Shown: positions 32,039 to 41,271, counted from the stretch's first letter. The stretch is DNA of 64,000 nt from an uncultured Sedimenticola sp. (GCA_964404295.1 CAYOJM010000020.1:44002-108001); one strand, 5' to 3'. Translations and numbers: made by a program. The notes: a model not told the origin generated them from the letters alone.

Positions 32039-33661
32039 ATGAAAAGGACTGCCGTCATCCTGAGCGCCCTCTCCCTCGTCGCCTCCCTGGCGGTGGCCGA
32101 ACCCACCGGCTGGTTCCGCCAAGGGCCCTTGGCCACCGGCTCGCAATCGGTCTCCGCCCCGGCGCAACCCACCGCGGAGTCTCAGGCCGAAACACCAACG
32201 CAACCGGCACCGTCACCGACCCCCACCACCCGAGAGGTGGCCATGGCCGACGACAAGCCGGTGAAGATTCTCTCCGGCTTCGATCAGCTCTCGAAAGAGA
32301 GCGTCACCTGCATGTCCTGCCACCGGGAGAAGACACCCGGCATCTACGACCAGTGGGGCCACTCCAAGCACTTCGCCGCCAACGTGGGCTGCTACGAGTG
32401 CCACAAGGCGGAACGTTCCGACAAGGACGCCATTCTGCACAAGGACTTCGTCATCTCCGTCATCGTCTCGCCCAAGGACTGCGGGCGCTGTCATGAGCGT
32501 GAGGTGGAGGAATTCGACAAGAGCCACCACGCCACCGCCGGCAACATCCTCGGCTCCCTGGACAACGTACTGGCCGAAGTGGTCGAAGGGGCGCCCACCC
32601 TGTCGGGCACTTCCCCCATCACCGCCATGGGCTGCGCCGCCTGCCATGGCTCCATCGTGCGGGTGAATTCCGACGGCACCCTGGACAAGTCGAGCTGGCC
32701 CAACACCGGCATCGGCCGCATCAATCCCGACGGCTCCAAGGGCGCCTGTACCGCCTGCCATTTCCGCCACGAGTTCTCCAGCGCCCAGGCACGCGAACCC
32801 GAGGCGTGCAGCCGCTGCCATCTGGGTCCCGACCACCCTCAAAAAGAGGTGTATGAAGAGTCGGCCCACGGCATCGCCTACAAGGCACACAAGAATAAGA
32901 TGAACCTTGACTCCAGCAAGTGGATCGTGGGCGAGGATTACACCGCGGCGCCCACCTGTGCCACCTGCCACATGAGCCGCACCAAGGACTTGCCGGTGAC
33001 CCACGACGTGGGCGACCGCATCGCCTGGAACCTGCGCGCGCCGGTCTCGTTCAAGATCGACGAGAAAGCCAAGGAGAAAGGGTTGCCCGTCAAGCCCTGG
33101 ATCGACCGCCGCAAGGACATGAAGAACGTCTGCCGCTCTTGCCACGGCAACAACATCGTGGACGCCCACTTCGAGCAGCTCGACACCTTCGTCCTCACCT
33201 TCAACGACAAATTCCTGATCCCGGCCAAGAAGCTGTTCGTGGCCATGCTCGAGAACGGTCTGCGTGACAAGACCAAGTTCAACGAAAAGATCGAGTGGGA
33301 TTACTTCTACCTCTGGCACCATGAAGGCCGCCGCGCGCGCCACGGTGCCGCCATGTTCGCGCCCGACTACGTGCACTGGGAAGGCGTGTTCGAAGTGGCC
33401 CACCGCTTCTACATCGAGATGGTCCCGGAGATCAAGGAAGCCATCGCCCACGCCCGGGCCAACGGCAACGCCGAAGGGGCCGACAAGGTGGAGAAGCTGC
33501 TCAACGAGATCCTCGACTCGGAGATGCACCGCTGGTTCAAGGGGGCCAAGCCGCCCAAGGCATGGCGCCCGGAAGACAGCGACAACCACGGCTTTTTCAT
33601 CATGAAGGCCGAGATGAAAGCACAAGAGGAGGCCGCCAAGGCCGCCGCCGGTAAAAAGTGA
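32039..33661 (+). CDS. Octaheme hydroxylamine oxidoreductase (HAO) family cytochrome c, probably reductive type
   Basis: SD GAGGAG; Sec signal; 8 CxxCH motifs (CMSCH, CYECH, CGRCH, CAACH, CTACH, CSRCH, CATCH, CRSCH); WPNTGIGRINPDGS, CHLGPDHPQ (Asp-His pair), LWHHEGRRARHGAAM and PDYVHWEG. Confidence 0.9.
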   Translation: MKRTAVILSALSLVASLAVAEPTGWFRQGPLATGSQSVSAPAQPTAESQAETPTQPAPSPTPTTREVAMADDKPVKILSGFDQLSKESVTCMSCHREKTPGIYDQWGHSKHFAANVGCYECHKAERSDKDAILHKDFVISVIVSPKDCGRCHEREVEEFDKSHHATAGNILGSLDNVLAEVVEGAPTLSGTSPITAMGCAACHGSIVRVNSDGTLDKSSWPNTGIGRINPDGSKGACTACHFRHEFSSAQAREPEACSRCHLGPDHPQKEVYEESAHGIAYKAHKNKMNLDSSKWIVGEDYTAAPTCATCHMSRTKDLPVTHDVGDRIAWNLRAPVSFKIDEKAKEKGLPVKPWIDRRKDMKNVCRSCHGNNIVDAHFEQLDTFVLTFNDKFLIPAKKLFVAMLENGLRDKTKFNEKIEWDYFYLWHHEGRRARHGAAMFAPDYVHWEGVFEVAHRFYIEMVPEIKEAIAHARANGNAEGADKVEKLLNEILDSEMHRWFKGAKPPKAWRPEDSDNHGFFIMKAEMKAQEEAAKAAAGKK

Positions 33662-33676
33662 CCGGGGCCCTCCCCA

Positions 33677-33707
33677 CCGCCGGCCCGGTCTCCACCCGGG
33701 CCGGCGG
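33677..33707 (+). other. Intercistronic 12-bp perfect GC hairpin without U-tract
   Basis: CCGCCGGCCCGG-tctccac-CCGGGCCGGCGG between hao and amt. Confidence 0.7.
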
Positions 33708-33814
33708 CCCTCTTCCGAAGATCTGCGTGCTGCCGGCGCCCGGCGCCGCCAGCCCACAGCGCTTCACCACCCCTGAATCTTGAAACCGAGTCCAAGCCGA
33801 GACACGAACCACCC

Positions 33815-35077
33815 ATGGAAATCACACTCATCGAACTGATCTACTCCCAAGACACCTTCTTCCTGCTCATGTCCGGCGCCCTGGTCATGTGGATGGCCAC
33901 CGGGTTCGCCATGCTCGAAGCCGGCATGGTGCGCACCAAGAGCGTGGCCGAAATCCTCACCAAGAACATCGCGCTCTATTCCATCGCCTGCATCATGTAC
34001 ATGGTCATGGGCTACAACATCATGTACGGCGAGAGCGACAGCGCTTGGATCCCTTCGTTCAGTCTCTTTCTCGGCCTGGACCACAGCCTTGCCGAAGTGG
34101 TGAATTCCGGTGGAGAAACCCGCCACTCCTATTTCGCCGATTTCTTTTTCCAGGTGGTCTTCGTGGCTACGGCCATGTCCATCATTTCGGGCGCCGTGGC
34201 CGAGCGCATGAAACTCTGGGCCTTCTTGCTGTTCGCCGTGGTGATGACCGGCATCATCTACCCGGTGGAAGGTTACTGGAAGTGGGGCGGCGGCATTCTG
34301 GATCAAATCGGCTTTCTCGATTTCGCCGGTTCCGGCGTGGTTCACCTGGCCGGCGCCTCGGCCGCCCTCGCGGGCGTGTTATTGCTGGGGCCGCGCAAGG
34401 GCAAATACGTGAAGAAGCCCGGCGGCGGGCTCCAGCCCATGGCCATCCCCGGGTCCAACATGGCCTTCGCCACCCTCGGCACCATGATCCTGTGGCTGGG
34501 TTGGTTCGGATTCAACGGCGGCTCCCAACTCACCGTGACCACAGTCTCCGATGCCAACGCCGTCGCGCTCATCTTCGTCAACACCAACATCGCCGCCGCC
34601 GGCGGTTGCATGGCGGCGCTCATCCTTTCCCGCCTGTGGTTCGGCAAGACCGACCTCACCATGGGCCTCAACGGCATCCTCGCCGGATTGGTGGCCATCA
34701 CCGCGGAGCCCTACACCCCCACCCCAGAGCTGGCCACCTTCATCGGCATCGTGGCCGGCCTGCTGGTGGTGGTCTCCATCGTGCTCATGGATCGCTGGGT
34801 CCACATCGACGACCCGGTAGGCGCCATCTCCGTCCATGGCATAGCGGCCGTTTGGGGCCTGGTGGCCGTGGTCTTATCCAACCCCGAAGCCGCCTTCCTG
34901 GCCCAGGTGGCCGGCATCGTTCTCATTTTCGCCTGGACCTTCGGCACCAGCTGGGCGGTCTGGTGGGTGATCAAGCAGACCATGGGAATCCGCCTCTCCG
35001 AGCTGGACGAATACCAAGGGGCCGATATCGCCGAGATCGGCCTGGAAGCCTATCCCGAATTCACCCACAAACTGTGA
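33815..35077 (+). CDS. amt: Ammonium transporter (Amt family)
   Basis: GFAMLEAG, ISGAVAER, LDFAGSGVVH, WLGWFGFNGGS and DDPVGAISVHG (twin His present). Confidence 0.96.
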   Translation: MEITLIELIYSQDTFFLLMSGALVMWMATGFAMLEAGMVRTKSVAEILTKNIALYSIACIMYMVMGYNIMYGESDSAWIPSFSLFLGLDHSLAEVVNSGGETRHSYFADFFFQVVFVATAMSIISGAVAERMKLWAFLLFAVVMTGIIYPVEGYWKWGGGILDQIGFLDFAGSGVVHLAGASAALAGVLLLGPRKGKYVKKPGGGLQPMAIPGSNMAFATLGTMILWLGWFGFNGGSQLTVTTVSDANAVALIFVNTNIAAAGGCMAALILSRLWFGKTDLTMGLNGILAGLVAITAEPYTPTPELATFIGIVAGLLVVVSIVLMDRWVHIDDPVGAISVHGIAAVWGLVAVVLSNPEAAFLAQVAGIVLIFAWTFGTSWAVWWVIKQTMGIRLSELDEYQGADIAEIGLEAYPEFTHKL

Positions 35078-37038
35078 TGAAACATCTGCGCCCGATCGCC
35101 GCCGCCTGGCTGGCGGCGCTCTCCTTCGCCCTCTCCGCGGCCGAACCCCAGCACGACGCGGCAGGCGATACCGTGATCCCCCGCGACGAGATCACCGACG
35201 CCCACTGCCTGGAGTGCCACGGACAAAAAGGGTTCGGCACCCGCTCCGCCGTGGACGGCCGCTGGCGGCAACTGGACCTGGACGCCGACGCATTACACCA
35301 GAGCGTGCATGGCGACTACGCCTGCCTGGATTGCCACACCGACGTGCGACAGTTGCCTCACCGGGTGACGTTGGAGCCGGTGGATTGCGTGACCTGCCAT
35401 CTGGCCCAGGGCGAAGGGGCGGCGCCGGAGCGCCCCCCCTGGCTGCACAGCGACAGTCTGGAGCTGGTGATCCAGACCCGCCAATACACCCATTCGGTCC
35501 ACGCAGAGAAACAGGGCGCGCGCAACAACGCCGACTGCGCCGATTGCCATACGGCCCACTATGTCTTCCCTTCGGAGGATCCACGCGCCACCACACACCG
35601 GCTCAACTCGCCCGAGACCTGCGGCAAGTGCCACGAAACGGCGCTGGAGGACTACCGCCACTCCATCCACGGCGCCAGCCTGAGAACCCCCTGGAAGGGG
35701 GAGAGCGCCACCTGCGTCGACTGCCACTCGGCCCACCGCATCGCCGAGACGGGCGCCTTGTCCGCCCACAGAGTGATCGTGGAGGAGTGCGGCACCTGCC
35801 ACTCTCGCGAGGTGCGCAGCTACAAAGCCACCACCCACGGACAACTCGCATGGCTGGGCGACAAGGAAGTGGCCCAATGCAAGGATTGCCACGCGCCTCA
35901 CGACACCCGCAGGGTGGACGATCCCCTCTCTCTGGTCTCCGAGGAGAACCGCCTCGAAACCTGTCGCAAATGCCACGAGGAGGCCGGGCCGGAATTCGTC
36001 AAGTTCCGTGCCCACGCCGACGTGGGGGATTTCGAGCGCAACCCTGAACTGTGGTGGCTGGGCACGTTCATGCTCGGCGTCATCGTGCTCACCCTCATCT
36101 TCTTCTATACCCACTCCATGCTTTGGTTCTGGCGCGAGCTCAAGTCCCGCCCCTACGAGTGGGTCACGGTGGACGGCAAACGGTTCCGGGTGCGGGCCAA
36201 GCGGGTAAGGCACCACAGCGGCAAGGCTTTTCGTCGTTTCCCCTGGTATTGGAGGCTCAACCACTGGGCCTTGGCCCTCTCCGTCCTCACCCTGGTGCTC
36301 ACCGGCATGGTGGTCATGTTCCCCGATACGGGCTGGGCCACCGCCATCATCGATTTCCTGGGCGGTCCCCGGGCATTCGGTTACATCCACCGGGGAGCCG
36401 CGGTGGTCTTCCTTCTGGCGGTGTTCGGCCATGGCGTGGCCGTGCTGTGGAAGGTCTCCCGCGACAAGAATTTCGACTGGTTCGGGCCGGACTCTCTGCT
36501 GCCCAGGAAAAAGGACTGGGAAGACATGAAAGCCCAATTCAAGTGGTTCTTCGGCAAGGGCGAACCCCCCAAGTTCGACCGCTGGACCTACTGGGAAAAG
36601 TTCGACTACTGGGCGGTCTATTGGGGCGCGTTCGTCATCGGCGTCTCGGGCATCATCCTCTGGTTCTCGCCCTTCTTCAGCCGTTTCTTGCCGGGCTGGG
36701 CGTTCAACCTGGCCACCCTGGCCCACGGGCTGGAGGCCTTCTTGGCGGTGATGACCCTGTTCGTGGTCCATTTCTTCAACAACCACTTCCGTCCCAGCAA
36801 GTTTCCCCTGGACCGGGTCATGTTCACCGGTCGCTGGGATCTGGAAGAATTCAAAGAGGAGCGGCCGGCCCACTATGAGCGGCTCAAGGCCAGCGGGGAG
36901 TTGGACAAGTACATCGAGGCGCCGCCGTCGAAAGAGTTTGAAACCGTCTCCTACGCCCTAGGCTTCTTCCTTCTCGGGTTCGGGCTCTTTCTGCTGGTGC
37001 TGGTGGTGATCGGTTTCTTCCACAGAGGCCTGGTTTGA
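35077..37038 (+). CDS. CbcL-like fusion: periplasmic 9-heme cytochrome c plus FdnI/HydC-type diheme cytochrome b
   Basis: ATG overlaps the amt TGA; signal peptide; 9 CxxCH motifs (CLECH, CLDCH, CVTCH, CADCH, CGKCH, CVDCH, CGTCH, CKDCH, CRKCH); membrane domain with RLNHW, YIHR, WTYWEKFDYWA, LAHG and VVHFF. Confidence 0.88.
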   Translation: MKHLRPIAAAWLAALSFALSAAEPQHDAAGDTVIPRDEITDAHCLECHGQKGFGTRSAVDGRWRQLDLDADALHQSVHGDYACLDCHTDVRQLPHRVTLEPVDCVTCHLAQGEGAAPERPPWLHSDSLELVIQTRQYTHSVHAEKQGARNNADCADCHTAHYVFPSEDPRATTHRLNSPETCGKCHETALEDYRHSIHGASLRTPWKGESATCVDCHSAHRIAETGALSAHRVIVEECGTCHSREVRSYKATTHGQLAWLGDKEVAQCKDCHAPHDTRRVDDPLSLVSEENRLETCRKCHEEAGPEFVKFRAHADVGDFERNPELWWLGTFMLGVIVLTLIFFYTHSMLWFWRELKSRPYEWVTVDGKRFRVRAKRVRHHSGKAFRRFPWYWRLNHWALALSVLTLVLTGMVVMFPDTGWATAIIDFLGGPRAFGYIHRGAAVVFLLAVFGHGVAVLWKVSRDKNFDWFGPDSLLPRKKDWEDMKAQFKWFFGKGEPPKFDRWTYWEKFDYWAVYWGAFVIGVSGIILWFSPFFSRFLPGWAFNLATLAHGLEAFLAVMTLFVVHFFNNHFRPSKFPLDRVMFTGRWDLEEFKEERPAHYERLKASGELDKYIEAPPSKEFETVSYALGFFLLGFGLFLLVLVVIGFFHRGLV

Positions 37039-37039
37039 G

Positions 37040-40000
37040 TCAGGCTCGTACCGGCCTCCGCCCCCCTTCTGCGGACGGGCCGTATTTGCGCAGGATCTCC
37101 ACTGCCGGCATGGGCGGATCGAATCGGTAGCCTTGCATGAGGTTACAACCCAGGGCGAGCAGGAACTCGCGTTGGGCCTCGGTCTCCACCCCTTCCGCCA
37201 CCACATCCAGCCCCAGACTGGAAGCCATGGCCACGATGGCTTTCACCAAGGAGACGTCATCCCGATCATCGGGCAATCCGCGCACGAAAGTCTGGTCCAC
37301 CTTTAGGCTGTCGACGGGGAACTGCTTGAGATAGCTCAACGAGGAGTAACCGGTTCCAAAGTCGTCCACGGAGAGCTTGACGCCGCAGCTCTTGAGACCG
37401 TAAAGCCAATCCAATACCGCATAGGACTCTTCGAGGAGGAGGTTCTCGGTGATCTCCAGGGTCAAGTGGCGCGCCTCCAACCCGGTCTCCCCCAGTACCC
37501 GGCGCAGGCTGTCAGCGTCGAACCCCCGGTCACGCTGACGTGCAGAGAGATTTACCGACAGCGACAACTCCAGACCATGCATTTCACGCCAGCGTTGCAC
37601 ATCCGTGCAGGCGGTACGGAACACCCAGTCACCGATTTCATGGATGAGCCCCGTCTCCTCGGCCAGCGGAATGAATGCCGCCGGACTGATGGATCCACGT
37701 TCCGGATGGAACCAACGCAACAAGGCCTCGACGGCCACCACCTGGCCGGTGGCGCCGTCGTTTATGGGCTGGTAATAGACCTGAAGCTCCCCCGATTCGA
37801 TGGCTTTACGCAGATCCTGCTCCAACGAAAGATTGAGCTTGATCTCCTCCTGCATGCGCTGTTCAAAGAACTGGAACCTGTTGCGACCGCGTGCCTTGGC
37901 CTGATACATGGCCATGTCGGCATTGCTGAGCAACGCGGTAGCCATGGCTTCCACTGCGTCGTCCAGCGCCACGTCATTGGGATACAGGGTGATGCCCAGA
38001 CTGGCGCCGATGTTCACGGTGCGCTTACTCAACTCATAGGGCCGGGATACCAGATCGATGATGCGACCGGCGGCTTGGGCCACCTCCTCCGCTCCCTCCA
38101 CCTGCTGGAGCACCACAACGAACTCATCGCCGCCGAATCGGGAGACGGTGTCCACCTCGCGCACGGCGTGGCGCAATCGGTCGGACACTTGTTGTAACAG
38201 TTCGTCGCCGGTGACGTGACCATAGAGATCATTCACCGCTTTGAAACGATCCAAGTCGATGAAGATCACCGCAACCTTCCCCTGGTTACGGCGGGCGGCG
38301 CGCAACGCTTGATGCATGCGGTCCATGAGCAACGTGCGGTTGGGCAGCCCGGTGAGCAGGTCGTAATTGGCCTGGTAGAGGATGCGCGCCTGATCCGTCT
38401 TGTGCTGAGTGATATCGGAGACGATGATCACATAGCCATTCGGCCGACCTTCATCATCGTGAAGGGTGGTGACCGAAACCCATTCGTGATACCAACTGCC
38501 ATCCTTTCGGTAGGCGGTCACCTCTCCCGACCAGTTGTCGTGGGCCGCCAACTCCTCCTTCACCTTTGCGGCGATCTCGGGATTCCGCTCCGCGCTGAAA
38601 ATGGCCGCCGGCCGCCCCAGCACCTCTTCCGATGAATAGCCGGTGATCCGTGTGAACGCCGGATTGACGGTGCGGATCCGCCCCTGGGCGTCGGTGAGAA
38701 TGATGCCTTCCGAAGTGGCGTCGAAGACGGTGGCCGCCAGCCGCAACGACTCCTGGTAACGGCGCAGCTCGGTGATGTCCTCCTTGACACCGATGAAATG
38801 GGTGATGACCCCCTGCTCGTCCCGTACCGGGGAGATCTGCGCCGACTCCCAGTAGAGGGTGCCATCCTTGCGTTTGTTGTGGAACACGCCTCGCCACTCA
38901 CGGCCGGAAAGAATGGTGCGCCACATCTCGGCATACTCTTCATCGCTCATCTCGCCGCTCTTGAGCACCGAGGGCCGAGCACCGATGACCTCTTCCGCGC
39001 TGTAGCCCGAAGCCTGTTCGAATTTCGGATTGACATACTCGATGATGCCGTTGACGTCGGTGATGACCACGGAAACGGGGCTCTGTTCCAATGCACGGCC
39101 AAGTTTTCGCAATTCCTGTTCCGCTTCTCGAGTGCGGGTGATGTCGGTCCGCACCCAAACCGCACCTCCTTCACTGGTGGCGCGGTTGCTGGCCAACACC
39201 CAACGGCCACCGTCCACCTGTTCCACCCAGGTGGCGCCCCGCAACATGGCCCGGTTCAATGCGCCCAGGGGTTCACCGGAGAGGCTGGTTCGATGAACAC
39301 GGCCGCCGATGAGCGACTCCAATTCACTCAAAGCAAGTCCTGGTTTCATCCGGTCCCCAACCCAACCATACATCTCCTTGAGGGTTCGGTTGCACAACAC
39401 CAGACGGTCTCGGTTGTCGAAAAGAGCAAACCCCTCTCCGAGATTCTCGACCGCATCCTCCAGCCGCCTGTGGGAACGTTCGGCCAGCTCTCTCGCCTGC
39501 TGCAGGCTATTGAGGGAGCGCCACAACCAGAACAACAGCACCAGAACCAACACCAAGAGTACGATGCCGAGAAAGATGGACTGACGCCCCTCCAAACGGC
39601 GATATTCCAGAAAACGGTCCTGAAGTACGTCGAACAGCCGTTCACTATCGACCGCTCGGAAGGAGGCCATGAGGCGATAGAGGGATTCGCCATGGCGCAA
39701 AGCCGCACGCACATGCCGCGCCACCGGGGCCAAGCCGCTGTCACGCTCCAGCTCGACCAGGTCCGCTTCCAAAATCCGATAGGCGGCGTTGTCCGGGAAC
39801 AGCTGCGCCATGAGCAATCTGCCGTACAGGGCCAGTAATCGGGCACGCAGTGCAGGTTGCCCTTCGGCGATCTGATCGATCAGGCGGGGAAGATACAACA
39901 GGCTGTTACGGACCACCGCGACCTGAGACTTCATGTCGTCGAGCAGCTGAGCCTTGCGTTCCAACCCCTCCACATAAGCTTCCAACGCCCGATTCAGCCC

Positions 40001-40291
40001 TTTCCGGTCGGCGCCGCCAAGATTGGAGGCCAGCGCCAGAAGTCGCCGCTCCGTTTCCATCAGGGCCTTGCGCGTCTGGGCCAACTCGTCATAGTTGGAA
40101 AGGCGAAAGGCGCCGATACGCTCCATGTCACGATCCAAGCTCACGTCCAGACCGCGAATACGGAACAGGGATTCGGAAAAAGCACCGGCGTGCCGCTCGA
40201 TCTGGAGCCGCTGGTGAAAATACCAGCCCGCGAGCAGCACCACCGCAGCAACGAAAAGGATGATCCGCTTCAGGCCAGGAGAACCGGTCAC
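37040..40291 (-). CDS. Membrane-anchored diguanylate cyclase/phosphodiesterase (periplasmic DAHL-like domain, 3 PAS, GGDEF, EAL)
   Basis: Two TM segments flanking a helical periplasmic domain (NYD...VRNSLLYLP); PAS/PAC repeats; SRFGGDEF; EALLRW; DDFGTGYSSLSYL. Confidence 0.92.
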   Translation of the reverse strand: MTGSPGLKRIILFVAAVVLLAGWYFHQRLQIERHAGAFSESLFRIRGLDVSLDRDMERIGAFRLSNYDELAQTRKALMETERRLLALASNLGGADRKGLNRALEAYVEGLERKAQLLDDMKSQVAVVRNSLLYLPRLIDQIAEGQPALRARLLALYGRLLMAQLFPDNAAYRILEADLVELERDSGLAPVARHVRAALRHGESLYRLMASFRAVDSERLFDVLQDRFLEYRRLEGRQSIFLGIVLLVLVLVLLFWLWRSLNSLQQARELAERSHRRLEDAVENLGEGFALFDNRDRLVLCNRTLKEMYGWVGDRMKPGLALSELESLIGGRVHRTSLSGEPLGALNRAMLRGATWVEQVDGGRWVLASNRATSEGGAVWVRTDITRTREAEQELRKLGRALEQSPVSVVITDVNGIIEYVNPKFEQASGYSAEEVIGARPSVLKSGEMSDEEYAEMWRTILSGREWRGVFHNKRKDGTLYWESAQISPVRDEQGVITHFIGVKEDITELRRYQESLRLAATVFDATSEGIILTDAQGRIRTVNPAFTRITGYSSEEVLGRPAAIFSAERNPEIAAKVKEELAAHDNWSGEVTAYRKDGSWYHEWVSVTTLHDDEGRPNGYVIIVSDITQHKTDQARILYQANYDLLTGLPNRTLLMDRMHQALRAARRNQGKVAVIFIDLDRFKAVNDLYGHVTGDELLQQVSDRLRHAVREVDTVSRFGGDEFVVVLQQVEGAEEVAQAAGRIIDLVSRPYELSKRTVNIGASLGITLYPNDVALDDAVEAMATALLSNADMAMYQAKARGRNRFQFFEQRMQEEIKLNLSLEQDLRKAIESGELQVYYQPINDGATGQVVAVEALLRWFHPERGSISPAAFIPLAEETGLIHEIGDWVFRTACTDVQRWREMHGLELSLSVNLSARQRDRGFDADSLRRVLGETGLEARHLTLEITENLLLEESYAVLDWLYGLKSCGVKLSVDDFGTGYSSLSYLKQFPVDSLKVDQTFVRGLPDDRDDVSLVKAIVAMASSLGLDVVAEGVETEAQREFLLALGCNLMQGYRFDPPMPAVEILRKYGPSAEGGRRPVRA

Positions 40292-41271
40292 GGCGCAGGA
40301 TCCAGTTCCGGATGGCTTCCGGCCAGACTCTTCAGGAAGGCAACGATGGCCTGCAAGTGTGCCTCGGGCAGTTCGCGGCCGAGTTGATAACGTGCCATCA
40401 CGGTCACCGCCTCCTCCAAGGTGGCGGCGCTGCCATCGTGAAAATAGGGTGCAGTGCGCACCACCAAGCGCAAAGAGGGCACTTTGAAGACGAAACGGTC
40501 GCTATCCCGGCCGGTGACGTTGAACCGGCCCAGATCGGCACGGGTCAACTCTCCACCCCGGTCTGCGAAGTAGTCCCCCATCACGCCCATGGTGGCGTAC
40601 ATGTTGCCGCCCACGTTGCGGCCCTGGTGGCAAGCGATGCAACCGTAGGATTTGAACAGCGCATAGCCTTCTTTCTGACGCGCATCCAATGCCGCCTCGT
40701 CACCCTTGAGCCAACGGTCGAAGGGACTGTCCAGCGTCACCAGCCCGGCCACAAAGACAGCGATGGCACGCGCCACGTTTTCTTTGGTCAGGCCATCGTC
40801 GAACAACTGTTCGAAACGGGCGCGCAAGACAGGATCCGATCCGAGCTTGGCCAGCGCATCGGGCCAGTTGGAGTCCATTTCCAAAGGATCCTGGAGCGGT
40901 CCCTCGAGAACCAACGCCTCCAGGGAGTCTGCACTGCCATCCCAAAACTGGGCGATCTGATCAGCCGTGTTGTAGACAGTGGGCGCATTGATGAGGCCCC
41001 GACGCCCCTCGACTCCCACCGACACCCGAAGGCCATCCACGCCGGCGCGCGCGAGCGGATGGCAATGCGCGCAGCTCACCGAATCATTCTTCGAAAGGCG
41101 CACATCATGGAATAGGTCGCGCCCCAATTCGATCAGTTCTCGAGGTGCTGCTCGAGGCGCCTCGAGGGGCGCAATGGGTTCGCGTCCTCCGGCCAGGGCG
41201 GTAGTGATCCACAACACCATGGCGGCCAATGGCCAGAGGCGCAACGGTCGAATGGTTTCAGATCGTTGCAT
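40288..41271 (-). CDS. Diheme cytochrome c peroxidase / MauG family protein
   Basis: LGRDLFHDVRLS, SCAHCH, NAPTV, QFWDG, GCIACHQG, FKVPSLR and TAPYFHDGS motifs; stop overlaps the GGDEF-EAL start; start codon uncertain. Confidence 0.9.
   Translation of the reverse strand: MQRSETIRPLRLWPLAAMVLWITTALAGGREPIAPLEAPRAAPRELIELGRDLFHDVRLSKNDSVSCAHCHPLARAGVDGLRVSVGVEGRRGLINAPTVYNTADQIAQFWDGSADSLEALVLEGPLQDPLEMDSNWPDALAKLGSDPVLRARFEQLFDDGLTKENVARAIAVFVAGLVTLDSPFDRWLKGDEAALDARQKEGYALFKSYGCIACHQGRNVGGNMYATMGVMGDYFADRGGELTRADLGRFNVTGRDSDRFVFKVPSLRLVVRTAPYFHDGSAATLEEAVTVMARYQLGRELPEAHLQAIVAFLKSLAGSHPELDPAP

Noticed and set aside
32231-32246. Internal SD-like GAGAGG plus ATG (MADDKP) in the hao gene
   Set aside because: A product from this start would lack the signal peptide needed for heme c attachment; the upstream start has its own good SD
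32039-33661. Interpretation as a nitrifier HAO or anammox hydrazine dehydrogenase
   Set aside because: No haoB, cycA, cycB or amo genes nearby, and the cross-link Tyr appears to be absent
33889-35076. Apparent 1049-aa ORF extending the multiheme protein upstream across amt
   Set aside because: The upstream part is an off-frame read of amt; the real start with a signal peptide is the ATG at 35077
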